64,000 nucleotides of DNA from Halotia branconii CENA392. Lineage in GTDB: Bacteria > Cyanobacteriota > Cyanobacteriia > Cyanobacteriales > Nostocaceae. Both the position numbers and the translations under genes were made by a program. Shown one piece after another: positions 1 through 9,953 of this stretch; the first letter of the stretch is position 1, and every line of letters begins with the position of its first letter. A model generated the notes under the pieces. The model was given only the letters and a program-made list of their open reading frames with translations, searched no databases and was not told the origin of the DNA. The stretch lies in NCBI RefSeq assembly GCF_029953635.1, contig NZ_CP124543.1, positions 535,455-599,454 of the forward strand, read 5' to 3'.

Positions 1-2229
1 TGGAGCCATTCTGCCACCAGCAAAAGATAAATCTGATACTAGCGAAATTGTTAAGCGATCATCACCAAAACCGCCAAAAAGGTTTCTAGTTCTAGATGGA
101 ATGCCTTGATACTCAGCTCTTGCAAATAAACCAGGTAGAACCTGCATACTAGCACCTACAATTGGCCCAACATCTCCATCACTATATGCCATTCCTAAAC
201 GCCAACTCAGACCTGATAGACTGCGAGCATTACGATTAAGCGTCATTGTATAACGATTGGCTAAATTACCACCAAATTCGCCGCCCAATGATAGTAAATA
301 ATCTCGGTTTAAGTTATAGCTAAAATCGCTTGTATAAACATCACCAAAAGTATTAAACGACAGTCTACTATTTCGTGTTGGTTGATAAAAAGCATTGAAT
401 AAATAGCGCCCTTCAATATCAGGTCTACCTCTCAAAGATAAGCCTGAAAAAGGCCTCATATAGAAAGTTGGTGCAATGTGAGCAGTAGAGTTACTTTGAT
501 CTTGGTAATTGCGAGTAATAACTCCTAGATTAAAATCGTTATTAAACTTATATTGAAATTCCAGACTATGGTTAAAGCGATCGCGCGATTGATTACTATA
601 CAGATATCCCGATGGAAATAATTCTGAATTACCGATAATTTGTAATTTATCTAACTGAATATCTAAGTCTGCTGTATAACCAATTCCACCGCGAGATGTA
701 CCAACACTAGCAGCTAAAATTGCGGGATTAGCTAAACGCCAAACTAAGCCCGCTTGGGCTTGTGTTGTATCGGGTAAAACTTGTAATGCCCCTTCTAATG
801 TTAAATCATTAGAAATACCTTGGCGCACCTGATAAAATGCCGCAAGTTTACCTGAGTCAACAGAATTAAAATCATCAAACAAAGTATTTTGGATTAAGTT
901 TCCAGTTAAGCCTAACCCTCCTAGTTGAAGAGTTCCACCAGACGGTAGTAGCAAATCAGAAACATTAATCCTCAAAGAACGAATTTCAACTGGTAAATTT
1001 GGATTGTTTCGGTCAAATACTAAAAGTTCAATGTCGTTAGTTTGACTTGGAGGCAAATTGACATCTATAAATTCGTATTCTCCACTCAGTCCTACTTGCT
1101 GTTGAGCAACTATAACTCCGCTAACTCTTAACTGTACAAAACTTGCTGGTGGAACTACACCCCGAAATGTTTGTACAGGTTGAGAGCGTCTAGGTAAAAG
1201 CTCATTAGCGTTGTAAGCTGTAGAAAATCTACTTTTGGGTAGATTAGTATAACCAAATTGCGCTCCGGTTAAGTTAACGCCATTAATTAGAGGATGTAAA
1301 CTGATTTGTTGTCGTCCCACCTGATAAAGAAATTGACCAGAACGCTTAAAGAAAAAGTATTCAGTAATGTCAGGTTGGTTAACAAAATTGTTATCTAAAC
1401 GTACTCGCCATGCTCCGTCTAATAAACGTCCTCCTAAAAGAGTAGAACTACGCCAGCTTGTGTCTCCAGAATTGTTGGTAAACTGTAACTCTTGTCTGAG
1501 ATTTGAAAGCCCACTACTAGCAGGTCTAACTTCTGGTTGCAATTCAGCTGCTTGAGAACTAGATTGTCCATCACCTCTTCGCCAAGGTACATCCACAATC
1601 AAAGCTAAATCTGCTGAATTTAGTTCAATATTTGTAGCTAGTTTTTCGCGTAAAACAATATCACTGATATATGTAACACCGTTAATCTCTTTGAGATCGT
1701 CATCTGCGATCGCAACTACTCCTAAAGGAGTTTTAAGTTGGGTTTTACCGTCTATGTTTTCAACGGTAAATCCAGTAAGTTGGGCAAAATTTAATAATGG
1801 AAGTAATAATATTTTTCCCTCTTGCACAACATCTAAACTGCCAACTTCTCGCTGGTTAATGATTACTCCCAGTAATAAATTTTGTGATGTGGCTAAAATA
1901 TTATCACTGAGAGTATTTGTCGAATCATTATTTTTTTCTACTGGGGTTTCTTTGGTGTCAGTAGTAATCGATTTTGGCGAGGCGACTGGTAATGTGAGAT
2001 TTTGAGCAACTACTTGTTTTCCCATTTGTTCCTGAGAGCAGGACTGTAGTAAGTCATTTGGGGAAAATTCAGCTGTTGATAATATTTCTGGTGCAGCAGG
2101 CGCGGCGATCGCTTTTGCAATTATCTCAGATTTTTTGCTATTGTTATCATCCAGCGGTGGTTTGCAAGAAACATTCTCAGACTGTAAGATTGTAACTGTT
2201 GGGGGTGGTGTTGGGTTTTGGTAGAACAT
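1..2229 (-). CDS. Putative outer-membrane usher-like protein of an archaic chaperone-usher pilus system. The 5' part starts at 2229 (MFYQNPTPPPTV...) and the ORF continues past the window start.
   Basis: The minus strand has one long uninterrupted frame, and its start codon was verified by reverse-complementing 2191-2229. It sits immediately downstream of a PapD-like chaperone gene in the same orientation, which is the usual pilin-chaperone-usher order. No signal peptide is evident at the annotated start, so the true start or the family call may differ. Confidence 0.4.
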   Translation of the reverse strand, partial: MFYQNPTPPPTVTILQSENVSCKPPLDDNNSKKSEIIAKAIAAPAAPEILSTAEFSPNDLLQSCSQEQMGKQVVAQNLTLPVASPKSITTDTKETPVEKNNDSTNTLSDNILATSQNLLLGVIINQREVGSLDVVQEGKILLLPLLNFAQLTGFTVENIDGKTQLKTPLGVVAIADDDLKEINGVTYISDIVLREKLATNIELNSADLALIVDVPWRRGDGQSSSQAAELQPEVRPASSGLSNLRQELQFTNNSGDTSWRSSTLLGGRLLDGAWRVRLDNNFVNQPDITEYFFFKRSGQFLYQVGRQQISLHPLINGVNLTGAQFGYTNLPKSRFSTAYNANELLPRRSQPVQTFRGVVPPASFVQLRVSGVIVAQQQVGLSGEYEFIDVNLPPSQTNDIELLVFDRNNPNLPVEIRSLRINVSDLLLPSGGTLQLGGLGLTGNLIQNTLFDDFNSVDSGKLAAFYQVRQGISNDLTLEGALQVLPDTTQAQAGLVWRLANPAILAASVGTSRGGIGYTADLDIQLDKLQIIGNSELFPSGYLYSNQSRDRFNHSLEFQYKFNNDFNLGVITRNYQDQSNSTAHIAPTFYMRPFSGLSLRGRPDIEGRYLFNAFYQPTRNSRLSFNTFGDVYTSDFSYNLNRDYLLSLGGEFGGNLANRYTMTLNRNARSLSGLSWRLGMAYSDGDVGPIVGASMQVLPGLFARAEYQGIPSRTRNLFGGFGDDRLTISLVSDLSFAGGRMAP

Positions 2230-2348
2230 ATTTAAACACAAAAATTCCTACAAGCAGCCTAGAAAGCTTCTTGGCTGCAACATGATTTTTAAGAAAAACA
2301 AAAAATAACCCAGTTGCCGGGAAACTCAAAGCTTTGAAACTGCAAAAA

Positions 2349-3296
2349 CTATTTACTACGAAGAGAGTTTCGGAGGTTTCGCACAGCCGGTTTAACTTGA
2401 GCCTCGATAGTATTAGCTACTGGAACTGTAAATGGAATACCTTTGTTGATGGCTACACCACTCAAATCTCCATTAATGTCTAATACGTAATTTCCAGGCG
2501 GTAAATTTTTGGTAATTGGTAGCTGAAGTTGACGGCGGTTATTAGGTAGTACTGGTGAAAAGGGTAAATATCCTGCGTCTACTACATTTTCTGGGAGCTT
2601 GGCATTGGGCTTGTCTACATTAGCTATAGGTTTTGTAGCCTCAGAACCGGGATATTTAGCAGCAGGCCAAATGGCATATTGACCATTCAATCGCACATAA
2701 GCATTACCTTGATTAGAAACGTCAAATACCGCGTTTTGAGTTTTCTTTTTGGTGTCTACAGCTACAGAATTAAGTACACCAGTTCTTTTTACGTCTCCGA
2801 CATAACCATAGATGACAACACCTATTTGAGAGATGACCCTCATTTTGGTTTTAGGGTCAACTTGATTTTTAGGAGAAACTTCTTGGAGATAAAGTACAGC
2901 CCGGTGTTCTCCTGGTTTGGGTTGGGTTTTAGGACGAATTGCAAAGCGGATAGTTTGGGCGCCACGTGCAGGAATTATAAATCGGGAAGGGGTAAAAACA
3001 ATCCACTGGTCTAAAGATTCCGCAGTGGGTGCAACATCTTGTAGTTTGTTGTCTTGACTCATCACCCAAGACCGAACAAAAGCCTTAATTTCTACTGGTT
3101 TGGAAGAAAGGTTTAGAAGGCGAATAGACTGAGAACGAGTATTTTTGCTATTGATTTCTAATTCAAATCGGGAGGGAGTTACACCAACATTTAGTGCTGT
3201 AGCAGGTGGCATTCCCAGAGCTAACAACCCGATTGCACTTAAGGCTATATTTCTAAATTTTGGAAACATCTGCAATGAAATGATTGATTTTTGCAC
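2349..3296 (-). CDS. Periplasmic pilus chaperone, PapD/CsuC-like.
   Basis: It has an N-terminal signal peptide (LLALGMPPATA). The motif WIVFTPSRFIIPARGAQTIRF matches the PapD-family signature F-x-P-P-L-F-R-L-x-P-x-x-x-Q-x-L-R-I. It is a two-domain protein of 315 aa and is located between pilin-like genes and the usher-like gene. Confidence 0.7.
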   Translation of the reverse strand: MQKSIISLQMFPKFRNIALSAIGLLALGMPPATALNVGVTPSRFELEINSKNTRSQSIRLLNLSSKPVEIKAFVRSWVMSQDNKLQDVAPTAESLDQWIVFTPSRFIIPARGAQTIRFAIRPKTQPKPGEHRAVLYLQEVSPKNQVDPKTKMRVISQIGVVIYGYVGDVKRTGVLNSVAVDTKKKTQNAVFDVSNQGNAYVRLNGQYAIWPAAKYPGSEATKPIANVDKPNAKLPENVVDAGYLPFSPVLPNNRRQLQLPITKNLPPGNYVLDINGDLSGVAINKGIPFTVPVANTIEAQVKPAVRNLRNSLRSK

Positions 3297-3335
3297 ACAC
3301 TATAAAGACGCTATTTCTTGATGGAAATCAGAAAC

Positions 3336-3878
3336 TTAGTGTTGATTTATTGTCACCGTCAAATCGCCACCATAAGCACCAGCTGACTGAGCTGTTGAGA
3401 GATCCATTTTTAAGCGAACGCCTCCCTGTATCAGCGCTGTATTGCTATTTTGATCGCGAGAAACTTCAATGATAGGCAGTGGTTCTAAAGCAACTGAAAC
3501 AGCAGATTCAGAACGCCTATCATTACTAACTGCATTGCTTCGACCATTTTCAGCTCTAATTTCATAAGTGGCATTCAGAAAACCCACTTGCTCTAGGGGA
3601 ACTCGCATTTGCCAAAGTGCTGGCAATTCGCGGGTGATAATAGTATCGAAGCGGGGAGGAGCTAGCAAATTCTCCTGGGCAACTGACTCAGTGACAGCAG
3701 CAGGTGAAATTTCTGATGGTGCAAGAGGAGGAATTACTAGTTTTTGAGGAGTCGATAACTGATAAATTTCCGTAGGCTCGGCACTACTGAATAAATATTG
3801 TGCTAGAGTTTGGGGCTGGTGCAGTAAAAGAAGCGCTGCGATTGTGCCCAAGCAGCTAATGACTTGATTCCGTGACAT
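3336..3878 (-). CDS. Secreted pilus subunit-like protein with a spore coat protein U (SCPU)-like C-terminus.
   Basis: It has a signal peptide and a C-terminal ...GAYGGDLTVTINQH, resembling the conserved G-x-Y-x-D-x-LTVTV tail of SCPU/Csu pilins. It lies in the operon position of a minor subunit. Confidence 0.45.
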   Translation of the reverse strand: MSRNQVISCLGTIAALLLLHQPQTLAQYLFSSAEPTEIYQLSTPQKLVIPPLAPSEISPAAVTESVAQENLLAPPRFDTIITRELPALWQMRVPLEQVGFLNATYEIRAENGRSNAVSNDRRSESAVSVALEPLPIIEVSRDQNSNTALIQGGVRLKMDLSTAQSAGAYGGDLTVTINQH

Positions 3879-4151
3879 ATTGCTGACATCACAGTTATGT
3901 GTATTTGGTGAATTTTGGAAGGTTAGGGATTACAAAAGACTTCCAAAAGGGAGGTTGTAGGGAGTACTTTCAGTACTAAAAATCTAATAAATGGAGGCTA
4001 TGAAGAACAGGATTTAGTTGCACATCAGTAGCCTCGATTTAATTTAGTTAGCGCTTTGCTGAATCCTAGAATGAGGTATAATTAGAGAGTCTAATCTTCT
4101 AATAATTTTCCTTCGCTAAAATCAGCAATATCAGCCATAGAGAAGTAGCTG

Positions 4152-4757
4152 TTACTCAGCAGTAGCTGTAACTGTAATTTCGCCTCCAGTATAAGCACCT
4201 GCGTCAGAGATACCACCGGAGCCATTTAAGTTCAGGCTCAAAGTAACACCACTAACAAAGGGGTTGATTAAGCCAGGTACATTAGCGAAATTCATCATAG
4301 GAGTAACGCCGGCAATTTGGATTGTTGCACCATTAGTTGCGGTGAGAGTAGGAGTTTTTACAGTGGTAGCAACTGTAACACCATTGCCGCGAGGGCTGTT
4401 AGACCATATAGCGAACACCTCTGGGATGTCCTTGTTAACTTGGAGGTTTCCTCCTGTTAAATAAAAGGGTGATGTCTGATCCAGTCCACTGGTGGTTCCA
4501 TCTGCTATACCAGATTTATCTGTACCAAAAAATCCGGTTCCACTTGTATTTAGTGTTGCAGCGGTTAAATCTGTAGGTAGAATAGATACATCAATGGTGT
4601 CAACAGTTCTCAAATATAGTACTTCAGGTACAGTTACTTGAACATTGACATCACTAGAACCTGAAATTTGTGCGTGGGCTGGTGCAGCGAAAATGGTGCT
4701 ACCCAAAGCGGCGGCACTGGCGGCAATAATGGCTACAATTTTGCTCTTCATGATCAA
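4152..4757 (-). CDS. Secreted major pilus subunit candidate with an SCPU-like domain (CsuA/B-like).
   Basis: It has a signal peptide ending AHA-Q and a Thr/Gly-rich beta-strand-rich sequence. The C-terminal AGAYTGGEITVTATAE matches the SCPU-type tail. It is the first small gene of the putative operon. Confidence 0.5.
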   Translation of the reverse strand: MIMKSKIVAIIAASAAALGSTIFAAPAHAQISGSSDVNVQVTVPEVLYLRTVDTIDVSILPTDLTAATLNTSGTGFFGTDKSGIADGTTSGLDQTSPFYLTGGNLQVNKDIPEVFAIWSNSPRGNGVTVATTVKTPTLTATNGATIQIAGVTPMMNFANVPGLINPFVSGVTLSLNLNGSGGISDAGAYTGGEITVTATAE

Positions 4758-4904
4758 AAATTTCTCCCTATTTCTGTGTTTGTGTTAGTTCTGATACTTT
4801 GCTGGGCAAATAAATTGCCTAAACCTTAAAAATCTTGTGAACGCTAAACTACAATCAATCAATTTGGTTTATCACTGAATTTTTTTGTTTTACACATCAC
4901 CTCC

Positions 4905-7595
4905 TTAAATAACCCACAATTCTGTACCATTAGTCCCGTTGTTGGCAGTGAAGAACAGTCGCGTACCAACGACAGTCAGCTTCGCAGGATTAGCATTATT
5001 TGTAGAGTTGATATTGCTCATCTTGCGCGTACCTAAAGCTGTGCCGTCACTGCTCCACACCTCCCTATTGTTGCTAGCATCAGATGCTGCAAAGTATAAA
5101 GTGCCATTAAAATCAACGAGACTAGTAGGAATACTGTTATTTGGTTCGCCACCCACCCAAATATCTTTTACCAGTTCGGCATTGGTGCTGTTGCTTTTCC
5201 ATAGTTCCAAGCCACTGTCAGAGTTATAACCAGTAAAGTAAAGAGTAGTGCCAACACCTGCAAGATTGAATGCACCGATACCAGAAATATCACTGTTTAT
5301 TTGTGTAGTGCCTGTACTAGTACCGTCACTCTTCCACAGTTCTTGCCGAAAGTCACCATTGCTATCTGTAACAAAATACAGCGTATTCTCAACGGCGGTG
5401 AGAAATGCCGGTGCAAATCCATTTTTCCCAGGTGTAATATCTTTAACTAAACTAGCTGCTCCAGCTTCGTATTTCCAAACCTCAACCCCGCTTGTACCAT
5501 CATTAGCTGTGAAGTACAGCGTACTACCAATAGCAGTAAGATTACCAGGGGATGAGCCAAGTCCTCCCGACCTGATATCAATAACTTGAGTGCCATTGGT
5601 GCTACCATTGCTTACCCAAAGCTCTTGACCAAATTCGGGGTTCTGGGCTGTAAAATACAGCTGACCGTTAACATTGGTGAGATTCGTCGGATCAGAACTG
5701 TTAGCACCAGAGTAAATGTCTTTAACTAAAGCAACTGTTGTACCATTGTATGACCACAATTCAGCACCATTCGTGCCATCTTTAGCAATAAAGTAAAGCC
5801 TATTACCGACAACAGTCAGATGATCTGGGCTAGAACTAGCAGCACCAGGATTAATATTACTGAGCATCTGTGATGTAGTGCCGTCGTACACCCAAAGTTC
5901 TCTACCGTTGCTGCCATCGTTAGCAGTGAAGTAAAGCTTATTATTGAAGACAGTCAAATTACTGGGATTAAAACCACCAGGATTAATAGTAGTGATGCGG
6001 GTGTTAGTACTACCATTACTCTTCCACAGTTGCACATCATTACTACCATCATTGGCAGTAAAGTACAAATCGCTACCCCATGCTGTCAAATTATCAGGGT
6101 CAGAACTAGCTGTCCCTGGATACACTTCGAGCATTTGAGTTCTGGGATTTTGAGAAACATTTAGGGTGTAGAAACTGTTGGCTAAACCAGAGGTGTAAAC
6201 ACGAATGTAGTAAGTGCCTGTATTCAAATTGGTATTGATAGTTTCATCTGAGGTTCCTCCCATAGCAGATGACTGAATCACAGTACCACTGCTGTTAAGT
6301 AGTTGAACATCTGCATTGTCAATTAAATTTTTAAGAGTGAGACGAAACTCACTATTGATATTGAGACTAAAACGGTAGTAATCATTAGTATCAATATTGC
6401 CAACAAAATCGTTGAAACTTTGGGAACCAGATAATGTACCGATATCTCTGGCTGTGGCTCTAGTATTAGGAGCTTGGTCTGTCCCTATTGCCATAGCGGA
6501 GGCAGAGAGAGTGTAATTAGTAGCTACACCCGTCTCAGGAGTTACCAAAATGTAATATGTGCCGGAGTTTAAGCTGCGTCTAATCGAGTCTACAGCCGTT
6601 CCCGACAGATTAGAAGATTGAATACCATTTCCTGAGCTATCAAGTAGTTGTAGATTTGCATTTGCTGTTGCTGGGGTTAAAGTAAAATCAACTAAAGCAG
6701 CAGTAGCTAAATCAAAGCGGTAATAGTCTTTGTCATCACCAGAATTGACAAAGTCTGAGAAGCTTGTAGCAGTGGTATTTAAAGGGTTAATATTGCGAGC
6801 CGCTGTCAACGTATTCCCAGCATAATCGTCTGGGTCTGGGGTCAAAGAAAGCTGCAAGTTATAGTTTGTAAAATTACCTGCACCACCAAGATATACCTGA
6901 ATATAATATGTGCCAGCTGCCAGATCACGAACAATAGACTCTGATGCAGTGCCGACTTGATTTGAAGTTTGAAGAATATTTCCAAAACTGTTGCGTAGCT
7001 GCAAATCAGCATTGGCTCCTAGCCCATTTAAAGTGATGCCAATATTGCCGTTATTTGCTAGGGTAAATTTGTAGTAGTCACTGCTATCTTTAATTGCACC
7101 TGTAGCACCTGCGTTGCCTACAAAATCAGTGGTACTGTAGCTAGTGTTGATACTATTAAAAGTACCAATATCAAATGCAGTTGATATCAAATTATCAGAA
7201 CGTCCGCTTTCTTGAACGACTTCGGCTGATAAGCTAAGATCATAAAAAGTGTTACTGCCACCACTACCCAAATAAACCTGGGCGTAGTAAGTACCAACAG
7301 CTAAGTTAACTCGGAGTGATTCCGCTGTAGTACCAGATTGAGAAGAAGTATAAATAGAGTTGCCAGTACTGTTTAGCAGTTTTAAGTCTGCATTGCTGCT
7401 AAGGTTATCCAAACCTAAATTAACAATGCTAGAACTGCTAAGGGTAAATTTATAAGTATCGGAGAGGTCTGAACCGCCAATAGAATCTCTAAATATGTTA
7501 GTAGTGCTGGTTAGAGAACCGCCAATATAAGCTGCTGTATCTAAAGCTGTGGCTGTACTACTTCCTGGGTCGGTAAATCCTGAATAAGTTGCCAT
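4905..7595 (-). CDS. Large extracellular-type protein with four N-terminal PPC (pre-peptidase C-terminal) domains and about eight C-terminal ELWxxDGT repeats.
   Basis: There are four roughly 120-aa repeats, each with a DYYKFTL / DYYRFDL motif and GTYYIQVY / GTYYILV / GTYYIRVY, which is the PPC signature. The C-terminal half has repeated LYFTANDGSNGRELWVYDGT-type units (ELWxxDGT repeat). No N-terminal signal peptide is present. Confidence 0.6.
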   Translation of the reverse strand: MATYSGFTDPGSSTATALDTAAYIGGSLTSTTNIFRDSIGGSDLSDTYKFTLSSSSIVNLGLDNLSSNADLKLLNSTGNSIYTSSQSGTTAESLRVNLAVGTYYAQVYLGSGGSNTFYDLSLSAEVVQESGRSDNLISTAFDIGTFNSINTSYSTTDFVGNAGATGAIKDSSDYYKFTLANNGNIGITLNGLGANADLQLRNSFGNILQTSNQVGTASESIVRDLAAGTYYIQVYLGGAGNFTNYNLQLSLTPDPDDYAGNTLTAARNINPLNTTATSFSDFVNSGDDKDYYRFDLATAALVDFTLTPATANANLQLLDSSGNGIQSSNLSGTAVDSIRRSLNSGTYYILVTPETGVATNYTLSASAMAIGTDQAPNTRATARDIGTLSGSQSFNDFVGNIDTNDYYRFSLNINSEFRLTLKNLIDNADVQLLNSSGTVIQSSAMGGTSDETINTNLNTGTYYIRVYTSGLANSFYTLNVSQNPRTQMLEVYPGTASSDPDNLTAWGSDLYFTANDGSNDVQLWKSNGSTNTRITTINPGGFNPSNLTVFNNKLYFTANDGSNGRELWVYDGTTSQMLSNINPGAASSSPDHLTVVGNRLYFIAKDGTNGAELWSYNGTTVALVKDIYSGANSSDPTNLTNVNGQLYFTAQNPEFGQELWVSNGSTNGTQVIDIRSGGLGSSPGNLTAIGSTLYFTANDGTSGVEVWKYEAGAASLVKDITPGKNGFAPAFLTAVENTLYFVTDSNGDFRQELWKSDGTSTGTTQINSDISGIGAFNLAGVGTTLYFTGYNSDSGLELWKSNSTNAELVKDIWVGGEPNNSIPTSLVDFNGTLYFAASDASNNREVWSSDGTALGTRKMSNINSTNNANPAKLTVVGTRLFFTANNGTNGTELWVI

Positions 7596-8039
7596 AAATA
7601 TTTAATATTTTCTATAGAAATTCAACATCAACCATTAGCTACAAATTATTTGTAGCCATGCAATACAACTTCACTACTGTTCGTCAACCAATAATTACTG
7701 TTACTGCTGCCAAATTCCTGGTTTGTTTTATGAAGATATAACCTGCTTGGAAATAGGATTTTTGCTTTCGTAACGTGTTTGTATGAGGTTTGCTTGGTAG
7801 ATGTCAAAGTTTGAATTTTTGAGTTTTAGCAAGTGAATAAAACCTTGGGATTCTAACTTAAATGTTTTTTTTACAAATTTACGAAGTTATACACGAAGTA
7901 ACTTGTGTATTATGTGTCTATTTTAGATTTTTGCTGTTTTTTAGGTTATTTCCTTCTGGATTAAGTGCAACTAGAATTTAACTCCTGTAGAAAATGTCTA
8001 ACCACAGTAAAACTACTTAAAATGTAAAGTATGAGTGAT

Positions 8040-8243
8040 TTATAGTACGATATGCAGTCCAATCGCTTTCGGTCGATTTGCTTGATCAAGAAAATGGCAG
8101 CGTACCGCATCACGTAACATTTCTTTTAAGCTAGTAATATCATCAGCTTGAGTAAAAATTGATTCACCCAAAGCCTTCGCCGTGTAACCACCTTCTGGGT
8201 CTTCTTCAATTAAAAATATGATTTCAGTCGCTGTATTTTTCAC
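8040..8243 (-). CDS. HicB-like (UPF0150) antitoxin N-terminal-domain protein, apparently an orphan.
   Basis: EIIFLIEEDPEGGYTAKALGESIFTQADDITSLKEMLRDAVRCHF aligns with the UPF0150/HicB N-domain pattern (..E.D.E.GGY...P.L.G..T.G.T.EEA....EA......). No HicA-sized partner ORF is seen on either side. Confidence 0.5.
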   Translation of the reverse strand: MKNTATEIIFLIEEDPEGGYTAKALGESIFTQADDITSLKEMLRDAVRCHFLDQANRPKAIGLHIVL

Positions 8244-8337
8244 TATGGTTATGCTGACGTAGAAGTTTTACCTCAACCATAATTTAACATTCAAAAAGAT
8301 TTACTTTGATAACATTAGATCTTCTCTGCATTGCTTT

Positions 8338-9759
8338 ATGTTCCAGGCTACTCGTCGCCGTCTGGCTATTTGGTACACTGCTGTCACCGCTGTATTACTC
8401 CTCCTATTCGCTAGTGGAGTGTATTTATATGTCCGCAGTACATTAGTGGAGCGAGTTGACGATACCCTCAATCATGTAGTGGAAATTGTCGAGCGTTCTT
8501 TGGTAATTGAACCAGTTGACGATGAACCTGAGCAGTTTCGCATTAATGTAGAAGCCAGTTTTCGAGATAATGCTGACACCGTAGAAGATGATCACATTGA
8601 TTTAGAATGGTTCAGTCCTACTGGTAAGTTGATTTGGTCAACTTTATCGGAACCTCTAAATATTCCTATTCATGGCGATCGCACTGGTGAAACAGTTCGT
8701 GTAGTAAAGTCAGATAGGGAGATAGCAAAATGGGGAGATTCAGCACTTTTATTGCGACAAGTAACCCAGCGTGTACAAGTCGGACGGCAGGTTTTGGGAT
8801 ATCTGCGTGTAAGTCATCCTTGGTTTGAAGTTACTAAACCTAGTCGCCAGTTAATGATTGATTTGGCATTAGGTACTTGGTTAATGGTAATTTCTGTAGC
8901 TGCAAGTGGCTGGTTTCTTTCGGGTAAAGCGATGGAACCTGTAGGCGAATCTTACCAACGCCTGAAACAATTTACCGCTGACGCTTCTCACGAACTTAGA
9001 AGTCCTATTGCTTTGATTCAAACTAATGTACAAGTTGCTTTGGCTGATTTGGAGTCAGCACAAGCAGAAGCGACTACTTCCATAAACTATCGCCAACAGT
9101 TAAAGTTAGTAGAACGACTAACTCAGCGTTTGGGTAAGTTAGTCAATGATTTACTATTTTTAGCACGACAAGATAGTGGTATTAGCAAAGATAGTTTTTC
9201 ACCTTGTCCTCTAGATGCCTTGTTGATGGAGGTGGTGGAGGAACAACAATTGTTAGCTAGTGAAAAAAAAATCATTCTCACTTTAGACTTAGTTGATCCT
9301 TCCACTTCTACAACTGATCCTAAATTGTTAGAAAATTGGTTCACACTTATAGGCAAATGGGATCAATTAGTGCGGTTATTCACAAATTTAATTGGTAACG
9401 CCTTGCAATATACGCCAGCAGGTGGAAGAGTGAATGTAGAATTGATGCGTATAGAGGCCAGCAATCGCGTTTCTAGAATCCGTTACACCACCGACCAGTT
9501 GCAAATTAAAGTTACTGATACAGGAATTGGGATTCCAGTAGAAGCAATTCCACGCTTATTTGACCGCTTTTATCGAGTAGACCCAGCACGTACCCATAAA
9601 ACGAGAAATACAGCTACAGACAGTACTACAGGCTCAGGTTTAGGATTAGCGATCGCTCAAGCTATTGTCGAACATCACCAAGGTCAAATTCAAGTAGAAA
9701 GCAATATCGGCAAAGGCACTACTTTTATTGTCAATTTACCAATAACCCTAGAGTATTAA
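8338..9759 (+). CDS. Two-component sensor histidine kinase with two TM segments and a periplasmic sensor domain.
   Basis: The H-box is ADASHELRSPIALI. The N box is FTNLIGNALQYTP. The G2 box is GSGLGLAIAQAIVEHHQGQIQVES. Two hydrophobic segments flank a roughly 130-aa extracytoplasmic region. No adjacent response regulator is present. Confidence 0.85.
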   Translation: MFQATRRRLAIWYTAVTAVLLLLFASGVYLYVRSTLVERVDDTLNHVVEIVERSLVIEPVDDEPEQFRINVEASFRDNADTVEDDHIDLEWFSPTGKLIWSTLSEPLNIPIHGDRTGETVRVVKSDREIAKWGDSALLLRQVTQRVQVGRQVLGYLRVSHPWFEVTKPSRQLMIDLALGTWLMVISVAASGWFLSGKAMEPVGESYQRLKQFTADASHELRSPIALIQTNVQVALADLESAQAEATTSINYRQQLKLVERLTQRLGKLVNDLLFLARQDSGISKDSFSPCPLDALLMEVVEEQQLLASEKKIILTLDLVDPSTSTTDPKLLENWFTLIGKWDQLVRLFTNLIGNALQYTPAGGRVNVELMRIEASNRVSRIRYTTDQLQIKVTDTGIGIPVEAIPRLFDRFYRVDPARTHKTRNTATDSTTGSGLGLAIAQAIVEHHQGQIQVESNIGKGTTFIVNLPITLEY

Positions 9760-9953
9760 TTAAATATTGAGTATTTGTTTCCTGTGACAGATGAAGATAA
9801 ATAACTTTACACACTAACTTAGATTACAAAGATTACAATATTCAGCCAATATCTAACAGTTGGCTATTACTACTCGTAATCTTCAATAAGTAGTACTAAC
9901 TGCTAGCTTTAAGCTTGGCAAAACGCATCTACGACAGAATTTTGGAGGATTAA

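Noticed and set aside
4939-6138. Plus-strand ORFs (4939-5229, 5248-5589, 5944-6138) inside the 896-aa PPC protein gene.
   Set aside because: They are antisense to a strongly supported repeat-domain CDS. Their Leu/Ser/Pro-rich composition is typical of translating the reverse strand of a Thr/Gly/Asn-rich gene.
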